A stretch of DNA of 47,965 bases, from positions 1,387,850 to 1,435,814 of the forward strand of contig ML992509.1 in assembly GCA_010093995.1 (NCBI GenBank), in the 5' to 3' direction. Position numbers and translations under genes: made by a program. Shown here one piece after another: positions 13,096 through 25,122 of the stretch. Origin of the DNA: Elsinoe ampelina (taxonomy: Eukaryota). The notes beneath the pieces are model-generated. The model saw nothing but the letters and a program-made list of their open reading frames with translations. It had not been told where the DNA came from and made no database searches. Each line of letters opens with the position of its first letter. The stretch's first letter is position 1.

Positions 13096-13387
13096 TGTAA
13101 GCTCCGCTGGCGGGCAAATCGAAGGGTGTGCCGGGAGAAGGAGACTGCCCGGTCATTGAAGATTTGACCATTCCCTTGTACATGACGTCGACATCATAAT
13201 AAGGCGGTGTAGTTTTTATTTTTGGCAGAATTCTCCTGGGTGAAGATTCACTCCGACGACCCCGCCGGACAAATATTCCGACGCAAGCATACTATCAGGA
13301 CGGCCAATTGCGCTCGAGATTCTTTTCGACTTCAAGGAGACACACGAGGAACCTGGTAGCGCTTGTGTTGGATAAAACTACCAGCAC

Positions 13388-14926
13388 ATGGCCACAGTAC
13401 TCCCCCCGCCGTCCAAGCGGCAAAAGACTTTGGACGCTCACCGGGCTCGTGAGCAGGTAGTGGTGCCTCAAGGACAGCAACGTCTTCAATTCAAGGATGC
13501 CGACTCCGGCGAGGCACAAGGTCCAGTGGTTACGCTGTCGCTCGGCGATCTCCTACCAGAAAATCTCTCCCTACTCTTAAATACATTACTCGGAAGATCC
13601 GAAGCGCACGAACGATTACCCTACAGATTCTACAATCCTCTCGGCACTGGCGAATTTGACCAAGATGAAATCATCAGAGCTCATGTGGAAGGCGACGCGA
13701 GCACGGAACTTGTCCTCGAGGTGCCTTGTCGAGCTGAAGCAGTGTTCAAGGTCAGAGCAGTCACACGATGTTCTGCGACTATCAGCGGCCATGGCGACTC
13801 CATACTCTCAGCACAGTTCTCGCCCGTGACATCTTCGAGACTGGCGACAGGTAGCGGGGATAAGGCGGCGCGGATCTGGGACTGTGATACAGGCACACCA
13901 CTCCATACATTGACTGGGCACACGGGTTGGGTGTTGGCGGTATCATGGTCGCCGGACGGGAAGATCCTTGCCACTGCCAGCTACGATGGATCAATACGCT
14001 TGTGGGATCCAAAGACTGGTAAACATGTCGGCTCACCACTCAAGGGTCATACCAAATGGGTCAACTCTCTATCGTGGGAGCCGTATCATACTCAACAAGC
14101 TGGGCGGCCACGATTGGCATCGGCGTCGAAAGATGGGACAGTAAGAGTCTGGGATGTCGTAGGTCAGAGGTGCGATATGACACTCTCCGGACATAAAGGG
14201 AACGTGTCGTGCGTGCGTTGGGGAGGAGCCGGACAAATATACACTGCGTCACATGATAAATTGATCAAGGTGTGGAATGCAACGAATGGGACACTGGTCA
14301 ATACGCTTTCTTCGCACGCCCATTGGGTCAATCATCTCGCCTTGTCGACCGACTTTGCTTTGCGTACCGCCTACCTCGACCACACCGGCAAGGCTGGCGT
14401 CCCCGAAACGGAGGAGGAGAAGATCTCAAAGGCGAAAGCCCGCTTCGCATCCGCTGCCGGGATCAATGGCGCTGGCAAAGGTGCACCAGTGGAACGCCTT
14501 GTCTCCGCCAGTGACGACTTTACCATCTACCTCTGGCATCCTTTGGTCTCCACCAAGCCAATTGCTCGGTTACACGGTCATCAAAAGCAAGTGAATCACG
14601 TCACGTTCTCGCCAGATGGACTGCTCATAGCTTCTGCCGGCTTTGATAACCTCGTGAAGCTTTGGTCTGCAACGGATGGCAGATTTCTCTTTACACTGAA
14701 AGGCCATGTTGGGCCGGTCTATCAGGTGGCATTTTCAGCAGATAGTCGGTTGTTGGTGAGCGCAAGTAAAGACACGACAATCAAGGTATGGGACACCAGG
14801 TCTGGTAAGCTGAAAGAAGATCTACCAGGGCATCAGGACCAGGTCTTTGCCGTGGACTGGAGCCCGGACGGTGAGAGGGTCGCGAGTGGTGGCCAGGACA
14901 AACAGATCAGGATCTGGCGTCATTGA
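13388..14926 (+). CDS. RSA4: Ribosome assembly protein 4 (Notchless homologue, WD40)
   Basis: MATVLPPPSKRQK N-terminus, AVFKVRAVTRCS, multiple GH...WD repeats, HAHWVNHLALSTDF and ERLVSASDDFT. Intronless, 512 aa. Confidence 0.95.
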   Translation: MATVLPPPSKRQKTLDAHRAREQVVVPQGQQRLQFKDADSGEAQGPVVTLSLGDLLPENLSLLLNTLLGRSEAHERLPYRFYNPLGTGEFDQDEIIRAHVEGDASTELVLEVPCRAEAVFKVRAVTRCSATISGHGDSILSAQFSPVTSSRLATGSGDKAARIWDCDTGTPLHTLTGHTGWVLAVSWSPDGKILATASYDGSIRLWDPKTGKHVGSPLKGHTKWVNSLSWEPYHTQQAGRPRLASASKDGTVRVWDVVGQRCDMTLSGHKGNVSCVRWGGAGQIYTASHDKLIKVWNATNGTLVNTLSSHAHWVNHLALSTDFALRTAYLDHTGKAGVPETEEEKISKAKARFASAAGINGAGKGAPVERLVSASDDFTIYLWHPLVSTKPIARLHGHQKQVNHVTFSPDGLLIASAGFDNLVKLWSATDGRFLFTLKGHVGPVYQVAFSADSRLLVSASKDTTIKVWDTRSGKLKEDLPGHQDQVFAVDWSPDGERVASGGQDKQIRIWRH

Positions 14927-16489
14927 TAGGATTTCGCAGTATTTGATACCCATGGATGGACGAAGAATGAGCAGAAATCCTACCACAACCTTCGGGCAAC
15001 CACTTTCACTTAAAGGAGACCTGAACTCATCAGGACGTGTACTACCACGACCTGTTTGAGTGGTTCGAGCTCTCGGCAGCCACCAAGAATGCTCAATCAC
15101 TACTACCAGGTAGGCCTTCGTACCTCGGCCAATGACTCTTCCACCTTCGTTCTTGAAGACACACCAATTACAGTGGTCAAACAGTGAGTGATAAAGCCTG
15201 TTCGCAATTGACCGGCACGCGTTAAGCAGTGCACGGCCGGCGTGCAAACCGAGGTCAGCTGCACCGAACAGCACAAGGTAATAAGCGGCAGACGGTAGGC
15301 TTTGAGCCTTCATCCTTTCAGTCCTGGACTATCAGTATCATACCTAAATACAATACTACATAAGCATGTTTCCTACCAGCATATGTCAGCCACGTCTCTG
15401 GCTGTGTGCCGCAGAAGTAGAATGCGTCGAAATGGACGGACCGGTGCACCAGGCTTCCCGGAGTACACGCTGGCGACCCTGCATGAGAACGTCTGTTCCT
15501 GCAGTAGTCGCCCTGCTTCCCGGCACTAAATCAGCGTCAAAGTGATGCTCAGAAAGAAGAGATACCCCTGCAATGAAGGCACGAAAGAGACCCCGGGTTG
15601 GATCTCAACGTCGACACCTGTCGTCTGGGTATTTTCCAGTGCCCATCGCAGTCTTGTGGTTAGTAGGTTCAGGTTCCGCGGTACCTTAAACGATGTCATG
15701 AGGGCGAGTGACGTTCGTTTTGTCATGTAAGACCTCTTCTGCCGGAATCTTTCTTTTTACCATACTGATGTGCTTTTACATCACTGTAGATACTTTGCAA
15801 TTACTGTACAGCACAAGTTCTCATGGATAATCGTTAAGCCGTGGCGGTCGCCCTGAGACCTATGTCCTCGCTCATAACCTTGACGGAAGACAGTGCCTCT
15901 TCCATAGTTTTCTGCATGCAGCGACGCTAACACCCTTCAGATGACTCTTATGTATTGGTATGGTCGATGCAACAGCTTCCATGCACCGCTCCGGGCACTG
16001 TTCCGACCCCAAAGAAGCCCAGTCACTGCATGAACTTCGTCGGGCAACACTTCAGAGGTTCGGGGATTGGTATGGAGATTTGAGGCCGAAGCGAAATTAT
16101 GCCGCGGTCGATCATACGTCTGGGCGGCCCGCACCAAGATCCATCACAATCACCGACTTTGCACAGACCAGTCCCAACAGTTTCATGCAGATTTTGAGCA
16201 TGAATCGTATGGTAGATCTCAATTTTGCATGTTTCCCAACGATCTGAAGCGAGATGAACGCTGTCAGGGCTCGAGATGAACATGTTCGTCAGGGGTTTCA
16301 GGGTCAACAAGAATGCCCCATGTCTAGGGACGACTGGCGGCTTGGACGCAAGGTTGCCTTGACAGCGGAATACATGTTGATTTGCCATTCTATGACGTCT
16401 TTGTTTGTCCAATTTGCTCGTACATGTCGATCGCTGTGATTTCTCTTCCAGAGGCTTTCATATCCTCCATGACCAGTGATGTGAGTGCT

Positions 16490-18393
16490 TCATGTGACGT
16501 ATAAGAAGTCTGGTTTGTTATCTCCCATGATACGCAGCTCCTCCTCGGTCTTTCCTTCAACCCAGTGGTCTCGCTTGCCGGCACGTCTCAGTCTGTTCTC
16601 TCGCTCGAGCATGAAATGGGTAAAGATGCTGCCGCCGAGGAGGAAGAGAGTGATGTATCCAACAACTACGCCATGTCCGGGACGATAATTAGGCTGCGAA
16701 ATTATCAGCCTTGGACTAGCCAGCACAGGTAGCAAACAGGTGATGTAGCAGATATGTAGCAAATTTGTAACAAATCGCAAGAATTGACAATGAAAAGGTT
16801 TCCATACCGCATCACGAGTCTGGTAGATGTTGCTAGACATAACACCGTTAAGATTGCCCCATCCGATGACCAATCCGAGAGTTACGCCGCGTTTGTACAC
16901 TCCTTCGGTGTTGTTGGCCGTCCAGACGATAGTGTTAGCAATACACGGGTAGATACCCAAAGCACCCATAAAAGTCGCCGCATACTTCAGACCAGGGATA
17001 GTAGTCCCAGTGAGCAGACTGAATCCAAGAACACCGAAGAGCGATACACATATGTTGCACCAACCACGTCTTTGAGTCTTGTCCGCGTAGTAGCCGATGG
17101 TCACAGTGAGGATCGCTCCACAGGCGTATGGGGGCACACTGAGCAAGTTGGCTCGGGTGGCACTGTATCCAAGCTCTCGGATGATAGAGGGAAGGAATAG
17201 TGAGAAGGCGTACAGTGCACCATCTGCACCCATGTAAATGACCGCAAAAGCGTATGTCTTCCAGTCCTTCAGCGAAGCGTAGGCGTATGCCATCTTGAAC
17301 TCTTCGTGATCGGCCGATGCTTGATTGTCGTTCTTCAAGCGTCTGATGACTCGCTTGCGATCATCATCCGACAAGAAACTGTAATGACATCAGCAACATT
17401 TGCCACACATTGCATTTGCTCACTTACGTAGCCTCATCAGGAAAGTCGTAAACCAACCACCAGCAGGCGACGCCGACCAGAACGGTAGCAATGCCTTCGA
17501 GGATGAAGATCCAGGCCCAACCTGCAATACCTCCAGTGCCACCCATTTGCGCAATACCAGCTGCCAACAGACCTCCGAAAGACCCAGCTAGCGCCGCCGC
17601 GGAAAAGAAGATGGCGCAGCGAATACCGAATTCAGAACGCTTATACCACGATGATAGGTAATAGTTGACTCCTGGGAATAGGCCTGCTTGCTATCAACGA
17701 CTTGCATTCACCTGCATCTGAAGGGCGGAACAAACCTGCTTCTGTGACTCCGAGAAGAAAGCGGACTGCCGCTAGTTGTGAGAAATTCGTGACCAATCCC
17801 ATGCATACCGTGCAGATACCCCAGAGCACCATGCTGATGGTGATGAAGACGCTGGGGCGGAATCTCTTGAGTAGAGCATTCGTGATGGGTTCGCATAGGG
17901 CGTAGGAGACGAAGAAGATGGATACAGCGGCGTTGTATGTGCCGTTGGTGAGATTGAGGTCGTCAAACATGCCAGCGATTCTGGCGTTGCCGATGTTCGT
18001 GCGGTCAAGGAATGATATCAGGTATAAGAAACTGAGCTAGTCATCCTGTTAGTCCCATGGTCACGAAGGTGCTCACAAGAATGAAGCGGCGTATGAAAGC
18101 AGCGTAAGGCCGGAGAAGGGAACTTACCCATGGAATCAACTTGAGGTCGAGCATTCGGATCAAGCGCTTGTCCTAGAGGACATCAGTCGACCACTCCTGA
18201 GAACCATTTATCCGTAACAAACCTCTTTCGCACGCTCTTCCTCTGTCTTCCCGGCATCGGGATCGTCCAGCAGATTTGCTTCATGGTCGCCTGTCGAATC
18301 GACGGCGACGTCCTTCTCGATATCCTTCTCGTCGTTCACAGGGGTCCGCTGACTATCACTGTCCTGCATCGGTCGTTCTGCTTCGACTGCCAT
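16490..18393 (-). CDS. MFS transporter of the anion:cation symporter family (Tna1/Dal5-like), 6 exons
   Basis: Spliced motifs LDLKLIPW, FLDRTNIGNARIAG, RFLLGVTEAGLFPGVNYYLSSWY, GWAWIFILEG, NLLSVPPY and ENRLRR. Introns at about 18173-18222, 18037-18127, 17685-17735, 17379-17428 and 16694-16807. Confidence 0.9.
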
Positions 18394-19846
18394 TGTGTGA
18401 TGGGATTTCTGTACAATACAGAGCAAAATGCAAGAAAACCTGTGTACTGGTACTGCGGGGGCGGGAAGGGAAAAGAAAAGGATATGGAGAAGCTAATATA
18501 AGAGCGGGCTATTCGATCCCGAAATGCTTTACCAAGTCGAATTGCACGTCCCAAAGCTGATAAGAGGCTTGGAATTGCTCCGCAGACGATCCTCCCCGTC
18601 CCCAGATGGAGAGCGAGGATGAACCAAAAGTGACATGCGGGGCTTGACACTAGCCAATATCGAAACACGCTTGAGCATCGACCTGGGGAACGGGTGGTTG
18701 GTCCTCGTCGATGTGGATGGAGCGGCTGCTAGACAGCACTTGTAGCATATATTGCGCGTGGGACAGAGATCGAGATGATCATGACGCAGCCATGCGAGAT
18801 TGAGGCTCTCGTGCATATCCTTCGCGTGCTCGAGCTCCAAATGGTGGTGGGATAGCGGTGGGATGGACGAGTTGTGATGGAGAGGGATGACCTCAGCCAA
18901 GCATACTAAGCAATGCCTCTGTGCCAAGGCACGAGTCTTCTGACTTCTTCTATTGGACAAGTCGCCAATGTCTCCTTGTTTCCGGCCGAGAATACGGGTC
19001 AGCGAAGTCATGTCCGACAGGCTCACAGCGCTAAATGATCCATGATAGCAAACGGCGAGAGCGGAAGACGACAGGCACCGGCGGTGGTCTTGTAGTCCAG
19101 ACAGGGGATGATGACAGCACCTAAATAGTGTTTCCCCCAATAATCACAGGCGAGAAGAAAGATCAAGTTTGAGTGGGGTCTCATCGAAGATGCGGCTGAT
19201 TGTTCGAGCGATAGCAACAAGCTTCAGGGTCTTGACTTCGTCCTCCGATCGAGCTGTCGACCTCGGCTCAAAAAGTCCCACTGCCAGCGGTCCACTCAGT
19301 CCGCGTGTTATGGTGTGGTAGAAACCCATGAAAGGCTTGCCAGCCGCAATGCTTCAGTGTACCTCACTATTCGTTGCCGAGGCCGGTGGTATGGCAGGCC
19401 GTTCAAAGGTCACATTCTGCAATTGAGGTCCACCCACAGCGAGAGTGCAAGTGGCAATGTGCCCCATTCGGTGCAATATGCCTTCTCCGTGCAACATATC
19501 AGATGGAAGATAGTGGCTTCATGTTGCGGTTGCATGTGCGCTTGCTATCATTCACTTCGCTTGCTCAGTCCCATAGTTCCCGGTTTATGCTAAGGTTGTG
19601 CGAGCATGTGATCACGAGCCTATACCAATACATCTATAGCTTCAAGATCTTCTTCTTCCACCAACAACAACCTCGGTCGCCATAGCATTTCCGGCCTCAC
19701 TCTTGCTCGGTTCCATTCTTCATCACGGAGATTCTGGTAGCACTAAATCGTGCTGAGTAACCCAGCACGCTCTTTCTCAAACAGCTAGCGTCACGACTGG
19801 CTCCATTCCTACCGACCACTGCCAATCTGATATCATTCCGCCGACG

Positions 19847-21130
19847 ATGGACTCCACCATACCTTCACCCGACAATGATCGCTTCCGCACTGTACGCATC
19901 ACAGGCGCTTTGGACGACATGACTGCATACGACATCACCAAGCAGATCACCAGCGGCATCATCACCCACATCACCCAGGGCGTCATGGGCAGGAATCTCC
20001 CGGTTCAGACCGTCCTCATCACCTTCCTCACTGCCGAAGCCGCCAAGCACTGCGCTGACCACTTCAACACCACCTCACCAATCCTCAAGATGCTCACTCA
20101 AGGGGCCCGCGGCAACATCACGGCGGAGCTGGAAAGCTGTACGACCCTTCACGACCACTATGCCTCCGCCCTTGAGACCAACACAATCTCTCGTGTCCTC
20201 CTCTTGACCAAGCTCAACCCAGAGATCACGCACGCCGCTGTAGCCTTGAACCTTACCAAGAATCTCATGCAGCCCTACGGCCAAGTCCCCGTTCTCGAGC
20301 GCAACGATATCCTCGCAATCGAGACTGTTCGCAAGCCAGATGGGAGCCGCGATCTTCGAGTGCACTTTAATTCTTTCAGGAATGCCATCCGCGGCTACCG
20401 CGCCGTCAAGAACAAATATTTGTTCGAAGGCTGCCAACCGATCTTCGATGCCGATCCCTGCGACCCTGAAGCAGAAGGTAGGCTCGACCTCAAACAGGAC
20501 TTGCCGGGTTGGGTTGAAGATATGACCATCCTTGAGCCACATGAGAGAGGCCATATGAGGTCGTATGTTCCGGTGTCGAGCCCACGTAAATCGAGCCCGT
20601 ATGTGCAGGGCTCTGGCACCGCAGCGAAAGGATGGATGGACTTCGCGTGTGCGAAAGCGAAGGCATTGCGTTCTGGCGTGCGTGATGGTCGCACAGGCGA
20701 GGTCGAGCGGGACCACGCAGTCGGCGAGAAGGTGTCAGCAGGAGATTCCGTCGGTCTCGGTATCGACATGAGAAATAAGGATGTGGAATTTCACGACGCG
20801 GTCGGTGCCGCAGAATTGTCGTCTGAGTCGACGGAATTCCACGAGGCCGAGGAGATGCCAGATCCGGAAAAGGTGTTCGATGCTGGCAGAAGGGACAGCG
20901 TGTTGATGGACGAGATTGCCCTGGACGATGAAGAAGAGGATCTCGAGTGGCACGCAAACCCGATGAAGGGACCTGACGGGGAAGAAGACGGTGTCACTGA
21001 CCACGATGGGCCTGAGCACTTCGAAGTTGCCGAGAGCGCCTTGATTGCGGGTATTGAGGAAATGTCGTTCTCGCCTGAGATTGGACTGGGAGCTTGCTTC
21101 GAGCCACAGCAGCTGAGCTTGCTGGATTGA
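19847..21130 (+). CDS. Hypothetical protein, possibly two degenerate RRM-like domains plus an acidic disordered tail
   Basis: 427-aa intronless ORF. RTVRITG..ITFLTAEAA and SRVLLL..VHFNSFRNA..FDADPC resemble fungal RRM proteins that end in a (Y/F)xxDPC motif. Confidence 0.6.
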   Translation: MDSTIPSPDNDRFRTVRITGALDDMTAYDITKQITSGIITHITQGVMGRNLPVQTVLITFLTAEAAKHCADHFNTTSPILKMLTQGARGNITAELESCTTLHDHYASALETNTISRVLLLTKLNPEITHAAVALNLTKNLMQPYGQVPVLERNDILAIETVRKPDGSRDLRVHFNSFRNAIRGYRAVKNKYLFEGCQPIFDADPCDPEAEGRLDLKQDLPGWVEDMTILEPHERGHMRSYVPVSSPRKSSPYVQGSGTAAKGWMDFACAKAKALRSGVRDGRTGEVERDHAVGEKVSAGDSVGLGIDMRNKDVEFHDAVGAAELSSESTEFHEAEEMPDPEKVFDAGRRDSVLMDEIALDDEEEDLEWHANPMKGPDGEEDGVTDHDGPEHFEVAESALIAGIEEMSFSPEIGLGACFEPQQLSLLD

Positions 21131-21324
21131 GTGAGCTTGCGTCGGTCTGCAAGCGAGCTGATGGGAAGGCTTCACGGATGGGGAGGAGCAATCACAGTGG
21201 AGGAAGGAAATGATCTGCTGAAGCTCCTCCGATTACTGCGTCTATACCCGGCCGAGATGGCCGAGGGCTGGATCTATGATATTGACAATTATAGCGTAAC
21301 GCTTCATTACCTTGATGTCCCCCT

Positions 21325-22956
21325 CTATGACTTCGTCGTCTCCCTTCGTTCCCATTGTATCCATGCTGGGTTCAGCGGGCGAGAGAACAAACTCGAGTAG
21401 TCGGTCTCCGCCACACCCGTCTTGCCCTCCAGATTCTTGAACTTGAACTCACGCACAAACGTGGCCAGAATGGTCTGCAGCTGCACATAAGCAAACTGCT
21501 CACCAATGCAGCGATGTCGGCCGGCACCGAAAGGCAGGTATGGAGAGCTGGCACCCTTGGAGATGAGGCCATAACCGTAGTCGAACTTCTCTTCTTCCTC
21601 TTCCGTTTGCGGCATGATTGGCATGAGGTTGGCGTACTTGGCCTTCTTGTTGGTAGCATTCTCGGGATCCCAGCGGTGAGGTTCCCAGTGCATGGCTTCC
21701 GGGAAGTATTCGTCCACCCGTGAGGTGACGCCAGGCGCGGCCATGAGCACGTAGTTCGGTGGGATAATGTAGGAGGTGCCCTCGATCGGCATGGGCTGCT
21801 TCACCTTCCTCATAATGCTGTGGATGGGCGAGTGGAGCCGCAAAGTCTCCTTGACCACCTGAGCATGAAGTGGTAATTGTTGCAGGTTCTCATAGGTGAG
21901 GTCGGGGAGATCTTCACCGAGGACTCGCTTCTGCTCCTCCAAAAGCTCTTCTGTGATGTCAGGCCGGCTGGCAAGACGAAGAATGATCCATGACGATGTG
22001 GCCGAGCTGCTGTGTTGACCGGCCATAAGCAGCGCAATCATCATGTGTGCGATCTCCTTGTCCGGCACAGCCTGTCCATCTTTGTACTTGCAGCTCATCA
22101 AGTTCCATATCATGTCCTCTTCGTTACGCTCAGTCTTGCCCTCCGCAATATCCTTTCGCCTCGCCCTCACGATGTCCATGTATGTCTCCGTCATCTTTCT
22201 TTGAGCAATGTCTCGTTTCTTGTTGTGAGGAAGCGGCGCCCAGGGAAGCATGAAGTTGACCGGTGAGAAACCCATGTCAAGGTCGTGGAACAGGTCGGCA
22301 AAGGTGCCATCGAAGCGACTGCGCACCTCCTTACCCTGAAGCGATCGAGACGCAGTATAGATGGTCAACTCTGCCATGGCTGGAGGCAGGTTGATCTTGC
22401 CGCCCTGACCGGGAAAAGCCTTGGATCGAGCGAAGTTCTTGGCCTCTGTCGCAATGAGGGGCACATAGGAGCGGAGACTCTCGCTGGTGAGGCCGAATTT
22501 GACAAACTTCTTCTGCTCCATGAGCTTCGCATTAGGACAGTCATAGACGACGTCGGTACCGAAGACAGGTGTGGTCAATGGGCTGTAGATTTCCTCCGCA
22601 TTGAGGTCCTTGATCTTGCCGTTGAGGATGAAGTCGTTACCCTTTGTGCCGAGGCAGACGGTGGTCTTGCGACCTAGAAGGATGAAGGTGAAGACATCGC
22701 CGTACTTCTGCCGGCAGTTGAAGAAGAACTTGAATGGATCTATGCCGTACGTGACAGTGCTCCCGATGAATGGAACCCAGTGAAAGACAACAGGAGGGTC
22801 GGTCCCCCGGGTGCGGTCGCGAACGAGTTGCGATATGACATTGAGAAGGATGGCGCCGGCGAAGAAGGTACCGATCGCTGTGAGAACGAGTATGTACGTG
22901 GGTTGCTTTTCAGTACCAGCGGACAAGGCGCCCAACAATCCAGCGAGAAGACCCAT
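21325..22956 (-). CDS. CYP51: Sterol 14-alpha-demethylase, CYP51B-type, intronless
   Basis: [28 protein letters not shown], ExLR, DYGYG and the heme motif [11 protein letters not shown]. Uninterrupted 543-aa ORF. Confidence 0.98.
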   Translation of the reverse strand: MGLLAGLLGALSAGTEKQPTYILVLTAIGTFFAGAILLNVISQLVRDRTRGTDPPVVFHWVPFIGSTVTYGIDPFKFFFNCRQKYGDVFTFILLGRKTTVCLGTKGNDFILNGKIKDLNAEEIYSPLTTPVFGTDVVYDCPNAKLMEQKKFVKFGLTSESLRSYVPLIATEAKNFARSKAFPGQGGKINLPPAMAELTIYTASRSLQGKEVRSRFDGTFADLFHDLDMGFSPVNFMLPWAPLPHNKKRDIAQRKMTETYMDIVRARRKDIAEGKTERNEEDMIWNLMSCKYKDGQAVPDKEIAHMMIALLMAGQHSSSATSSWIILRLASRPDITEELLEEQKRVLGEDLPDLTYENLQQLPLHAQVVKETLRLHSPIHSIMRKVKQPMPIEGTSYIIPPNYVLMAAPGVTSRVDEYFPEAMHWEPHRWDPENATNKKAKYANLMPIMPQTEEEEEKFDYGYGLISKGASSPYLPFGAGRHRCIGEQFAYVQLQTILATFVREFKFKNLEGKTGVAETDYSSLFSRPLNPAWIQWERRETTKS

Positions 22957-23105
22957 CGTGACAGGGAAAGGTGCAGGATGGTCCTGTAGTACAGTGATAT
23001 GGAGAGACTGTCACTGCGATATATGGAAGAGCCGTGAGAGGGTAACTCGACGTATTTATGGATCCGTTGTCGCGCAGAATAATGGAAAGTCGTTCATTTG
23101 ACAGA

Positions 23106-23176
23106 ATCGGACCATAATTTTTTGGCGGTAGGAACGCGCGAATCTGTTGCAAGGGGTCGTACGACATCGGACCCAC
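23106..23176. promoter_or_regulatory. Cluster of sterol-regulatory-element (SREBP/SrbA)-like sites upstream of CYP51
   Basis: ATCGGACCAT (23106-23115), palindromic GTCGTACGAC (23156-23165) and ATCGGACCCAC (23166-23176), 150-220 nt upstream of the CYP51 ATG. Confidence 0.5.
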
Positions 23177-23511
23177 TTCCAGGCCTGCACAAAACTGCAT
23201 GCGCCACATCCATCGTCACAACTCATAATATGCAGACTCCAACTTAATTATTATGCATACCGGTAATGTTGTATGGTCTGCTGACTGCGCCACATATACC
23301 GAATTGGACGGTGGAAATATCGGGATGTGCTGAACTACCGCAAGACTTGTCTTGCATCATCAAAACCTACATGCTGGCGCCCGTGTATGATAGATAGCTG
23401 GAGCGCGGATCCACGTCGGTGAGAGGCGCTCGGATCCACGGAAATACTACCAGCAGGACTTACTGCAATTGGATATCTCCCCATGGCCTTCATGGACCTG
23501 GTAGTACCTTC

Positions 23512-24594
23512 TCACAATAGAGACCTGGGCCCTGCCCCTTCAAGTGCCAAGGCTACCTTTCTCGTGGCTCTACCGACCTCGCCGCCTTCCTTCTTTGCCT
23601 TGTCGACCCCTTCACGTATCGCATCGCGGTACTTCCCGAGCTTCTCTGCCCGACTCAAGCTATCTGCAACTGCAATTGCATCATCGTCCTTAGTCTCCGT
23701 CTCCGAAAACAAATTCAAGTACCTATACGGGTCTGCCGTGGTACCGATCGCGTACGCGTCAAATTGAAAGAGAGGGAAGACTTCGGCTGCCCTGTTGCGG
23801 CTTGATACTTCCCGATCGTGATCGTGCGGATTGAGGCCCGTGTCGAGGAAATGGGCAAGCACACTGATCAATCGTGCCCGCGATTTGGTGTCCTGGAGCT
23901 TTGCATTCGAGATGTTGGTCCATGCCTTCGCACCATCTGAACCCGGTTGCTTGGTCTCCGTCTGCCATCCCAGAATGCCAAGCAGACGTTTCAGTGTTCC
24001 CGTCCATCCACCTGCACAGCTGACCGTCGCCGGACCAAAAGCCTGAAGCATCCATTCTAGCACGTCAAGAGTGCTGACCCTGGTGTCGCCCACCATGTGA
24101 GTGAGGCCGATGTGTGTGTAGATCTGAACAGCCTCGACATTCCGAGCGACCTCTTCAACCGGCAGCAGCTTCAGGAGCTCCAGCGCTGACGACCGGATCG
24201 TCTTGGACGCATCGATGAGTAAGGGCCGGACTTTCGTGATGACTGTGACAGCAGGCAACGGTGGAGCCGCCTCTGTATTCGCACTCAGACTGTTGACGAG
24301 TGCGGCGAGGGCATCGCGGCGCTGAGAATCGGCTTTCGAAGACAACAACGACAAGTGGTGGTTGAATTGATCAGTGCTAGAGGGTTGCGCGGAGCTGAGA
24401 GACTGCTGCTTGAGGACGATAGCTGTGGAAACATGTCAGGACACGAACATCGCTGTATAGAGGCACGGCTTACATTTGGCTTGAAAGCCGGTATTGGTCG
24501 CATTGGTCGCCTTTGGCCTTGCTTTACCGACCTTGAGCTTCGGCTTCTGAAAATCCTTCGCCTTCTCCTTCTTCCTCTTGCTCGAGGATCCCAT
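23512..24594 (-). CDS. IPI1: Pre-rRNA processing protein Ipi1 (Rix1 complex) (intron 24423-24473)
   Basis: MGSSSKRKKEKAKDFQKPKLKVGK..NATNTGFQAKSIVLKQQSL N-terminal signature. The splice joins it to ORF 23512..24354. Confidence 0.9.
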
Positions 24595-25122
24595 GATCTC
24601 AACCGAACTCCGACACAGAAAACGAGCAGCCTCGAGAAAAAGTCCTTGCGGGCATGGAGTAGATAATCCGGGTTGCGGGTTTGGCTAAAGTCGGATGTGC
24701 AAAGATATTTTTTACGGTCAAGTCTTCGTCAATGTGGGGTTGCTGAGCTGAGGTGCGGCAAGAAACAACACCGCTAGCCGAGGACGAACAATAAAACTGT
24801 CAAGAAGTCACAGCTACCAGAAACAGCCAAGAGAACAGGACATTTGTCGAAAGTTATTGTCGTGACCTTGCAACGGTAAGTATCCTTATGACATCTAATG
24901 ATCTATGGACAAGACGATGCGGCACGCGAGTACTGTAGCCACTGCTGGTAGAAAGCACTGATGCACAGAACAACTTGCGATCGCTTTTATACTACAATAC
25001 ATGCCCTTTACAATTGTCTTTGCACGAGCTTCTTCGGATCTCGCGTTGGTACGCAAGACCTTCCCGACCCCCTTCCACTCATGTGCCGCTCCCTGGACTC
25101 CTTCTGTCGTTACGTTACTACA

